This document shows, one piece after another, positions 54,024-64,000 of a DNA stretch of 64,000 nucleotides. The notes beneath the pieces were generated by a model. It was not told the origin of the DNA. It searched no databases and worked only from the letters and a program-made list of their open reading frames with translations. The stretch covers positions 38,874,001-38,938,000 of the forward strand of contig OX597832.1 of NCBI GenBank assembly GCA_951406725.2. The letters are read 5' to 3'. A program made the position numbers and the translations under genes. The DNA is from Octopus vulgaris. Taxonomy: Eukaryota. How positions within the stretch are numbered: position 1 is the stretch's first letter; each line of letters begins with the position of its first letter.

Positions 54024-54422
54024 TGAGCATAGTCCTATGAACCCAGAAATCGAAAACAGAGAGTTGCTTATTTGCAAAAAAAAAAAAAAAGAAATATAAA
54101 ATGTGACATCATTGACCGAGGTTACCGTGGTCTTTTCCGTAGGCTTTTCTTTGCACGGGTAAACCTCACCTGTCCTCCCCTTTACACTTCATATTGACAT
54201 TTCTGTGATAACGATCCCTATTGATCAATTTTTTTTCCTCCCCCCTTTTTTTAAACCCCCCTTTTTTTGTCCTCTTTCTCTCCTTTTACGATCCCTTTTG
54301 ATCGAAACTCCCCCTTCCTTTTTTTTTTTTTTTTTTTTTTTTTTCTTAAACCTTCAAAAGAAAAGCTCTACCTTGTAATTTGTTCTATCTGTGTGCAGCC
54401 CTGTGTGGCTAATAAAGAAACA
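54024..54422 (+). mobile_element. 5'-truncated LINE 3' end (probably Tx1/L1), copy 1, within (TATC)n
   Basis: Near-identical to 54580-54970; ends AATAAAGAAACA then (TATC)n. Confidence 0.7.
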
Positions 54423-54456
54423 TATCTATCTATCTGTCTATCTATCTATCTATCTG

Positions 54457-54527
<71 letters not shown>

Positions 54528-54530
54528 CTC

Positions 54531-54970
54531 TAGATGGGTGAATGTAGCAAGAATGGTACGTATGAATGACGAAGCCACCTTGAGCATAGTCCTATGAACC
54601 CAGAAATCGAAAACAGAGAGTTGCTTATTTGCAAAAAAAAAAGAAAGAAATATAAAATGTGACATCATTGACCGAGGTTACCGTGGTCTTTTCCGTAGGC
54701 TTTTCTTTGCACGGGTAAACCTCACCTGTCCTCCCCTTTACACTTCATATTGACATTTCTGTGATAACGATCCCTATTGATCAATTTTTTCCTCCCCCCT
54801 TTTTTTAAACCCCCCTTTTTTTGTCCTCTTTCTCTCCTTTTACGATCCCTTTTGATCGAAACTCCCCCTTCCTTTTTTTTTTTTTTTTTTTTCTTAAACC
54901 TTCAAAAGAAAAGCTCTACCTTGTAATTTGTTCTATCTGTGTGCAGCCCTGTGTGGCTAATAAAGAAACA
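54531..54970 (+). mobile_element. 5'-truncated LINE 3' end, copy 2, about 50 nt longer
   Basis: The extra 5' part encodes an ORF end RWVNVARMVRMNDEATLSIVL*; same 3' end; flanked by (TATC)n. Confidence 0.7.
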
Positions 54971-55175
<205 letters not shown>

Positions 55176-55769
55176 GCTTGTCTGTCTGCCCGCGTGTCTG
55201 TCTGTTTGTCTGTTTCCCTTTGTATCTATTTATCCTTGTATCTCTACTTCATTAAATGACAGATGTGGCGATTTCAACAGAAAGTTATTAAAGAATCGTG
55301 TGCATATCGTACAACCACTGCGGCTTACTTTATACGTAAACTACTTTACATCCTGCTGCCTATTTAACCGGTTCCATCGCGCTCTGGCTGTTACTTTCAT
55401 AACGTCTCACACCATCTATTTGAAATGGTTGCATGGTACCATTTCTGTGATATACCTTAAAGTGTGACCACTGCTGCCTCATGCTATTTGCACTACAGAG
55501 ATTAAAGACTGATACTACTCATACCTACTTGTACTGCACCATTTGTAAAGTACTACTGCAAATAAAGCGATGCTCATAGCAACTAGTCTCATCTTTGAAG
55601 AGTACTTCATCAATAATTCCTTTCATCATCATCATCTATCTGGTCACGTTTTGAAGGCTAAATATTCAAAGAGAAAATCTAATCTAATGATACTATGCAT
55701 AACCAAATTTACACAATGGACATACTGTTTATAAGTACTCATAAGTATAGCTCATTGGTTAGAGCGTCG

Positions 55770-56005
55770 GGCGAGGCGGCGAGCTGGCAGAAACGTTAGC
55801 ACGCCGGGCGAAATGCGTAGCCGTATTTCGTCTGCCGTTACGTTCTGAATTCAAATTCCGCCGAGGTCGACTTTGCCTTTCATCCTTTCGGGGTCGATAA
55901 ATTAAATACCAGTTACGCACTTGGGTCGATGGAATCGACTTAATACCTATGTCTGTCCTTGTTTGTCCCATCTATGTTTAGCCCCTTGTGGGTAATAAAG
56001 AAATA
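55770..56005 (+). mobile_element. Nin/Deu-like SINE nested in the head of an older CORE-like SINE (55745-56118)
   Basis: 13-bp TSD GGTTAGAGCGTCG at 55757-55769 and 56006-56018; the host continues with a B box and GTTCTTGAGCAAGACACTT. Confidence 0.9.
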
Positions 56006-56284
56006 GGTTAGAGCGTCGAACTCACAATCATGAGGTAGTGAGTTCAATTCTCGGACCGGGCTATGTGCTGTGTTCTTGAGCAAGACACTTTATTTCACGC
56101 TGCTCCAGCTCACTCAGTTTGTCAAACAGAATGTGATATTTTCGTATAACACGCCATGTATTCTCGGAGCAACGCAGAATTAAGATTTCTTTTGCCCTAC
56201 GACTAACGCAAAGGAAGCGAATTCGAACTCGTCACTTATATAGCTAGATATTTTTTCAACATGTGATCTCTTGAGCACCACCAG

Positions 56285-56470
56285 CAAAAATATATTTTTC
56301 CTCTGTCTTCCCTTCTTGGGATCTTTCCTTCTCCTTGTTTCCGACGAAGAGCTCCGCTCGAAACGTTAAACCCTTCTTCCCTTCTTTCCTGAGCGTCCAA
56401 TAATACTTTAATTGTTCCACGTCCTCGCGTTGCTGTGTTTTTTTCTGTGTTTTCTTGTTTGGATTAACTA
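56285..56470 (+). mobile_element. Short Penelope-pLTR-like repeat with a minimal hammerhead (56337-56371)
   Basis: gttt CCGACGA a GAGC tcc GCTC GAAA CGTT aaac. The 3' end ...cttgtttggattaacta is shared with 22975-23053 and, reverse-complemented, with 12825. Confidence 0.65.
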
Positions 56471-56967
56471 GATATTCCAATATCTTGATGGCCTCATCAA
56501 CTCTACCCTACAATACTAACGCCAGGGCTGACAGGAAGACAGGCAAATAAGCGGATAGGGTAAACAGTAACGACGAATATATAATTCTAAACGACCATTT
56601 AAAACGACTGAAATCGGAAATGATAACAATAATGGTAACGGATAATAAAATATGAATGCTTGGAGGGGAGAAATAAATTATGTGGTGTAAAGTGAAATGT
56701 CGATTTTATTGGCCAACATGTATCTCCACCGAGACATTGAAAGCAATAAATAATTATGTTTACTTTTATATTATTGTTGTTGTTGTTGTTATTAGTATTA
56801 TTATTATCATATTATTATTTATTATTATTAATATTAATATTTAATGGTAATACATATATTAATATAATAATAATTATTACTGTATTTATTAATATAACAT
56901 GAGGATGATGATAATGATGATGATGATCATCAACACTTTCAACTTCATCACTCTCATCGTCGTCTTT

Positions 56968-57004
<37 letters not shown>

Positions 57005-57677
57005 ACAACAACAACAACAACAACAACAACATCACCTCCATCTCCCTGGTTCTTATAATCAAAAATATTATTAGCGCTGATATCTGTCGACTGCTGGTTT
57101 TAGAAAAAGAAGCGACAATGAAAAGAATAATTAAAATGGAATTATTAAAAACACATAAATTGATATTTAAAATATTTTCGTGTTGCGAATGTTTCCTGAA
57201 ACGGTAAATGAAATTAAATGTTTATTACTATGACAATAAAAACGATATATAACCAGATATCAATGGTATGTAGAAGTCAATGGTGTATGGTGGTCTTGAG
57301 TATATAACAACCACTGGTGTTTTATAATAAATAGCGTTTAGTAGCCTAAGGTATGCAACCACTCGATGGTATACAGGAATAAACATATTCTTTGCCATAA
57401 CGGACTTAGTTTTGAAGAAATAGGTGATTCCGTTAAAGTCTAATGTATCCACTCCTGAACCGTCATTAGGAAGACCAGTTTTCCTTGCATTTTGATGCCT
57501 TAGAAATTAGGAGTTTTCTTAGGTATATTTAAGCTGTTATTCCAGAATATCTTCATTCTTCGTCAGTAGCTCAGTCTAATCAATGATCTGCTACTTCGAT
57601 ACAAAAATAACAATATAAATGCTAATAATTTTACAATATATATGCTGTTAACATCGTGTTCAAAACCATGCTATTTG

Positions 57678-57878
57678 AAGACGGCGAGCCGGCAGAATCG
57701 TTACCCTATCGGGAAACATTCTTGGCGACATTTTAGTCGAATTCTGCTGAGGTCTACAATGCCTTTAATCCTCTCGGAATCGATAAAATAAGTGCCAGTT
57801 GAGCTCTGTGGTAGATGTAATCAACATTCAGTCTCCTGCGAAACCGTTGGCCTTGTGCCAAAATTTAAAACCAATATT
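57678..57878 (+). mobile_element. Degenerate Nin/Deu-like SINE
   Basis: GACGGCGAGCCGGCAGAATCGTTA...GGCCTTGTGCCAAAATTTAAAACCAATA. Confidence 0.65.
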
Positions 57879-58527
57879 TCACATGCTGTTAAAACAATCA
57901 TGATGGTTATTTCAATTCAAAACTTTAGACTAAAAGCATTAAAAGATGATTATACCTGCTTGGTTACCTTCTTGATCTGAGAACAGGTAATTTTATGGAG
58001 CCTAGATAAAAGAGCTTCTAAAAGACCCATTTTCATAGAATCAAGGATACCACTACGTCCTGTACGTGGTCTTCATTTGTTTTAGGCTCTCCAAACTTTC
58101 TTACCAGTCATAAGACAGACAAGTACTCTAAATTACTAGAAAATATGCTCTCAAATTCTAATAAGTTTGACTTTAGCCTGAGCCTCAAGGTTCATGACTG
58201 CTACAAATATTTAGACTGCCTTCTAGGTACTTTCATCAATGATGAACAGTAAAGATTTCATCAAGATACAAAAGCAATGGACGAGAGACACCAGAGAAAA
58301 TATGATATATACAGCATGGCAAATTACTGCAACGAGATTATTGAGGTAACTCTCTCCCTAGAAAGACTTTAAGTGAAGATTTTAGTGATTCAAATAATTT
58401 TCTGTTTTATGTTTTCGGTCATATGTTTTATGCTATTTGTTTTTCTTTTTAGTTATTATTACCGTAGATTCTTATGCAGTACACTGTAAGCTTTTGTGAT
58501 GATAAAAATACGTTGACATTTTAAGAA

Positions 58528-58738
58528 CATCAAATTTTGGCACAAGGCCAGCAATTTCAGAGAAGGGGTAAGACGATTATTTGAATCTCAGTACTCAACA
58601 GGTACATATTTTATCGATCCTGAAAGTATGAATGGCAAAGTCGTCCGCGACGGAATTTGAACCAGAACATTAAGATGTGTGAAATGCCGCTAAGCATTTT
58701 GCCTGATGTGCTAACGATTCTGCCAGCTCGCCACCTTA
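58528..58738 (-). mobile_element. Degenerate Nin/Deu-like SINE
   Basis: CAAATTTTGGCACAAGGCCAGC...GATTCTGCCAGCTCGCCACCTT. Confidence 0.75.
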
Positions 58739-59214
58739 AGTACGTCTAATAAATAAATTCTGTTATATTTGTACCGAAATAGCAACTCGTTCATTAATCA
58801 ATTAGAGACCTTAAGGCAAACTGATTGTGTATTTAGAGCCTGTTCCTAATGTTTCGTTGATGGGATCGACTGGAACTCTTGTGGTCGCAACCGACGTGAT
58901 GCCACTAACATACAACATATTTCCTGGCGTTCACGTATCATATATGATAAACATTTTCAGTTTTTCAAACCAGCAGAGTAACACACAGATTACTCAGAAT
59001 TTATGAAACAAGGGCAAATTTACAGTTTAAAAACAAACAGACGTTTAGGGCACATTTATGAAAATGCTTTGGACAAGCTAAATGAATATTATAAACAATA
59101 AACGGTTAAATAAATACACAAGAAATAGTGTAACATTAAAGGGAATGTTATTTTGTAATTAATACGATTTTGAATATAATTTCCAACCAATGATTTTCAA
59201 TTTGAGTTCCTCAC

Positions 59215-59349
59215 CTGCAAATTGGCATCTCGTTCCGACAAAAGTATCGCTGCAAGCACAATGGTAGCCATTTACTCTGTCATGGCAGACGGCTCCGTTC
59301 AAACATGGATGCGAAGCACAATCGTTAATATTACGATCACAGCGATGTC
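59215..59349 (-). CDS. Exon of an EGF-repeat single-pass receptor (DNER/Delta-Notch-like): last calcium-binding EGF domain
   Basis: 135 nt between ttccag| and |gtgagg, phase 1/1. Translates (G)HRCDRNINDCASHPCLNGAVCHDRVNGYHCACSDTFVGTRCQFA: six-Cys EGF spacing, N-I-N-D-C calcium motif, C-x-D-x4-Y-x-C-x-C Asx-hydroxylation motif. Missed by the ORF track. Confidence 0.95.
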
Positions 59350-59714
59350 CTGGAATTAGAAATAAAATATATTTAATGTATGTTAAAGTGTGTGTGTGAG
59401 TGTGTGTGAAAGTATGTGTGTGTGTGTGTGTGTGTGTGTGTATCTATGTTCAGTTGTCTGTATGCGTGTGCGTATGTGTAATTGTAGGATATGAATGTAC
59501 GTGTGATACAATATATATGTTGTAAACATCGTGTTCAAAACCCTGCTTATTTTTGTGCAAAATACAAAACATTTAATAAAAACTGCTTGAGGACATAATG
59601 TGTGTGTGCATGTGTGTGTTTGCTTGTGTATGTATGAATATGGTTATGTATATGTATATAGCGAGAATGAGAGAGAGAGACACATAGACAGACAGACAAA
59701 CAGACAGAGATTGC

Positions 59715-59792
<78 letters not shown>

Positions 59793-60726
59793 TACGTTCT
59801 TCTACTTGCCTAGCCAGGTCATGCTCGTACGCGAGTGTCACCTTGTAGTTTGTACATCGATTATTTTTTTTTAATTGCTTCAAGTGCCTTGATAGTCGCG
59901 TGCAAAGACATACGTACATACATACAGAGCCCGTAAATTTACCAGATGATTTCAAAGGTTCATAGCTGTCGAAGATTTTTCTAGACAATGATAACAATGT
60001 AACTAAATATGTGTTGTCATTATTTTCTGTTATCTATTTAAGTACAGTTTCAATAGGCCGAACTAACCGAGCCGATCCGAGTCATTAAGGAGTCGAATAA
60101 AGTGGGGGAGGGGGACTACTTGTACTGCTGTCTTTGAACCGAATCTAAATACCCGCGACTCCAAATTTTCAGCCACGATATCAGTCCTACTCAAAGAATG
60201 TTCTCTTTCGTACTGTCTACATTTTTGGAAGAAATTAACCATGGTGTGGCTTGAAGAAGGATGAGCTCCCTAAGATCAAAATTGGCGAAATCACACTGTC
60301 GTGACGGAACTACACCTCTATAAAGAGTTGGAGTAAGATGGCTATGCTCAATTTCAAAAACCTCTTTTCAGAGAAGATCAACAAGTCTGCAGTGAAGGAA
60401 TATACGTTGAGTGTTGAGGAATAAAAAGAGGCAACAATACTTCAGAAGATTCATGCATAGCAAGAACAATATGTAAGATATCACAAAATTTTGGGGTAGC
60501 AACTGAATGGATAGAATATAGATCAGAACGACCCATAAGACTCATCGCGAGATGGAGAGTACTGTCAGAATACTCCCAACGTAACGCATCAGAAACACAT
60601 GATAACTAGATGTAGTTAATTTCAATGACAGGCAAATTTGAAGGCCGAGGTGAAATCTCAAGATAAAAACAGCTTTCAGCGATGTTCTCCGGAGCTGGCA
60701 ATGTTACGGAGACGGGGAGTAAGTCG

Positions 60727-60990
60727 CCGGCGAACTGGCAGAAACGTTAGCACGTCGGATGAAATGCTTAGCGGTATTTCGTCTGTCGTTACGTTGTGAG
60801 TTCAAATTCCGCCGAGGTTGACTTTGCCTTTCATACTTTCGGGGTCGATAAATTAAGTACCAGTTCCGCACTGGGGTCAATAAATTAATTACCAGTTCCG
60901 CACTGGGGTCGATGTAATCGACTTAATACCTATGTCTGTCCTTGTTTGTCCCCTCTATGTTTAGCCCCTTGTGGGTAATAAAGAAATAGG
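60727..60990 (+). mobile_element. Nin/Deu-like SINE with an internal duplication of about 34 bp
   Basis: Full head to tail; ATAAATTAA..ACCAGTTCCGCACTGGGGTC is present twice (about 60848-60910). Confidence 0.88.
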
Positions 60991-61758
60991 TATATGTATC
61001 AATGGGAAAAAGGAGAAACATTGGATATGAAGGAGGGACGGAAATAGTTAAGACCGTTTCTATTTCAACTCTAATCATTTTATTCAAGCATTGTTGTTCA
61101 TTTAAATATCATTGCGCGGATGAGAATAAGAAAGAAGAAAGTCTGCGATAAAAAACGGAGAGAGAAATATAGAAAGAGAGAGAAAGAGAGAGCGATGCCA
61201 TTTGGAGTTAAAATAATTATTCAATTTCTTAAATGACACAACGTTATTAACTAAGTCAGTGAAACTCTCTTCTATACTTCCCCACCATTTGTATCGGATA
61301 TTCTAGACGTTATATATCACAACGTCATTTATCAAAACACCATGTTCATTAATGTTATATAAAATGACGCCTAGCTTGTCGCGTGCAAGCTGTTGATCAA
61401 TATGTATGCTAATGTTTCGTAGATTATTTTGCAGAACAGAGCCTCGTATGACTAATTACAACGCAATTTCATTATGATATTGCAACTAGCTGCGTAACGG
61501 TGTTAGACGTGTGTTCATTTCTTTATTTGGTCTCCAAGTTGTGTTGTGAAGGGTCTAGAAGCTGAGCACCCGGGTAGTATATAGTTTATTCGTCCTTAAA
61601 TTTGTCCATAAATTGTATTAAGTAAAATATGATTCCCCATTTCTGAATTTAAAACTAGTAATATCGCAAATCCTCATACATTTATATTTGTGCAGTGTAC
61701 CCACTTGATAGTTGTATTAAACTTCTCACATATGGTAAAGGCCTTGGGTGCTATCATA

Positions 61759-61819
<61 letters not shown>

Positions 61820-61821
<2 letters not shown>

Positions 61822-62015
61822 AGATCGCTAGCCACTGCACATTCTTCTTTATTTTCTCTCCTTGTTTCTTTCTGTGTCCCTTTCTGTGGAAGAGCATAGG
61901 TTCGAAACGTTAAAGACTTTTTCACTTCCCGAGCGTTATACTAATACATTTGTATGTTGTCTACATCACCTGTCTTTGTCTTTTGTTTTTGTTTTTTTTG
62001 TTTTTTGTGAATTCT
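61820..62015 (+). mobile_element. Related pLTR-like repeat with a degenerate minimal hammerhead (61880-61915)
   Basis: cttt CTGTGGA a GAGC atag GTTC GAAA CGTT aaag, followed by ...cccgagcgtt...taatac as in 56390-56406; abuts (TA)n. Confidence 0.55.
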
Positions 62016-62989
62016 CTCCCAGGGCCATCTTGTGTCCGTGGTGAGGCTGACACACCAACTTTGACGAAGCAGCAATGTCCTAGTTATTATCTTTTGATTT
62101 CTTAAAAAAAGTTTAATTTTTCATACGACATTAGGTCTCCTTTTCTTACAAACCATCAAATTTAGCCCGAACACCCTGTATAGTATTAGCGAGGAATTAC
62201 TGTTATATGCTATTTCGTTTCCTGCTCCAATCAGTCGGCTAGAATGTTATCAAATTGACTACGTTGGAGGTATGTTGGGTTCAATCCAAAAATGGTGGTG
62301 GTCTTCATTTTTTCCACGAGAGAATATATAATTTTAAATGATTGCAATGTTTTGGAAAAATGTTTTAAGCAACCAAAATTTTAAAAAGTATACACAACTG
62401 TTGCCAAAACTGTAATAATCCACTTGAGAAAAATAAGATTCTGTTCGTGGAAATGTTACTATTAATGATACCGAAAAAGGTAATATAGTAAAAAGAGAAA
62501 ATTTTGCAGGTGTCTTTAAGAGACGGATTAAATTAATCTTTAAGAAACATGGCCGCTAAAACAGAAGATCTGCTCTATGTAACAAGAAACAACCAGAGGT
62601 AATGCTGTCTAAATTAGTTTTACATGACATGGAAGTAAAGACCAGAGTTTATCGATTCCTACAAGGACACTGGAAGTTCAGCGAACAGAAAACGTACAAA
62701 GTGGAAAGTATTAATAAAAGAATTGACTTTACTCATTTATCATATAAATTTTGGCTTAATGGACGTAATTTTACATTCGGAAGAACCAGTGAGAAAATCC
62801 ACCGGGGTATACATGTGTCAGATGTTTATGCTAGTTCTACTTTTCAAAGATAAGATTCTCGGGAATTTGAACGCTGAGAAAATAACATTAGAAATGTACA
62901 TATTGTTCGTCGTAATATTCACTATATAATTTGAGAAAATGAATGTTTTGGAGACGCTCTTCCTGCGTTGCCAAAATATGTAGATTTCT

Positions 62990-63410
62990 TATTTCTTTAT
63001 TGCCCACAAGGGGCTAAACATAGAGGGAACAAACAAGGACTGACAAACGGATTAAGTCGATTACATCGACCCCAGTGCGTAACTGGTACTTAATTTATCG
63101 ACCCCGAAAGGATGAAAGGCAAAGTCGACCTCGGCAGAATTTGAACTCAGAACGTAGCGGCAGACGAAATACCTATTTCTTCACTACCCACAAGGGGCTA
63201 AACATAGAGTGGACAAACAAGGACAGACAAAGGGATTAAGTCGATTACATCGACCCCCAGCGCGTAACTGGTACTTAATTTATCGACCCCGAAAGGATGA
63301 AAGGCAAAGTCGACCTCGGCAGAATTTGAACTCAGAACGTAGCGGCAGACGAAATACCGCCGCCAAGCATTTCGCCCGGCGTGCTAACGTTTCTGCCAGC
63401 TCACCGCCTT
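62990..63410 (-). mobile_element. Head-to-tail dimer of the Nin/Deu-like SINE within one TSD
   Basis: Full monomer at about 63174-63410 plus a 5'-truncated monomer at 62990-63173; TSD ATGTAGATTTCT at 62978 and 63417. Confidence 0.88.
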
Positions 63411-64000
63411 CAATGCATGTAGATTTCTAGATAGATATGATTGATTTTGATTTTGATTTTTCCAGTTTCAGCTAATGAGCTGTGGCCATGCTGGGGCACC
63501 GCCATTTGGTTTGCTACACGATTTTACCTCACGGATGCTTTTTAGCAAACGCCATCTGATGCATATAGATATGTTAGAAACAGCTACAGGACTAGCAGGC
63601 AGGTAAGGATATGCTGGGTACGGCTGTTGTCAACTTGCTACAATCAACAATACCCTGAGTAAAGTGGACCGGAACTAAACCTTGAATGGTGGAAGAGGCT
63701 GGATCATGCTAATATGAAAAATAATCTAAAAATATTTTAAACTGGAATGCTGCCAGACATTCGCAATAATGCTGAACAGCTTTTATATAAGAGATATTTA
63801 CGGTGAAGATTGTGTATAATTCTTAAATAAACGTTATTTGAAAGTTATTGCTATTTAGGCGCATTAAATTTTCGAATTAAAAATTGTTATGACTTTATCA
63901 GAGAAGCATTAAAAGATTTGGAAACGGTACCGCCACATATAACCCAAATAAATATTCATCAAATTTAATTATAAGTTGAAGAGAAACGTAGGTGTCAGAA

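Noticed and set aside
60030-60720. Purine-rich complex region that could hold another exon
   Set aside because: No Cys-patterned EGF frame with splice sites on the minus strand; several stops; probably decayed TE sequence that I could not assign.
62602-62929. Short plus-strand ORFs of 83 and 68 aa
   Set aside because: No recognisable motif, and antisense within a presumed intron.

Overview
AT-rich, microsatellite-saturated animal genomic DNA. The repeat inventory suggests a coleoid cephalopod, probably Octopus (inference). Nearly all long ORFs in the supplied track are translations of simple repeats. One real protein-coding gene is readable: the last three coding exons of a minus-strand, single-pass EGF-repeat receptor most similar to DNER. 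They are a Ca-binding EGF exon (59215-59349), a transmembrane exon (53452-53665) and a terminal cytoplasmic exon (43311-43548), with consistent splice phases; the 5' part lies beyond the window. The rest is a mosaic of tRNA-derived SINEs, Dong/R4, Tx1/L1 and CR1 LINE fragments, decayed mariners, Helitron/Helentron-type elements, foldbacks and a 1.35-kb (GGAA)n tract. The most notable observation is a set of type I hammerhead-ribozyme motifs in at least three non-coding repeat families of Penelope-pLTR/retrozyme type. The clearest is a young 588-bp tandem-plus-inverted array at 23207-25052, whose two intact hammerheads would release a 588-nt monomer able to circularise. All family assignments were made by eye; no database search or folding program was run.
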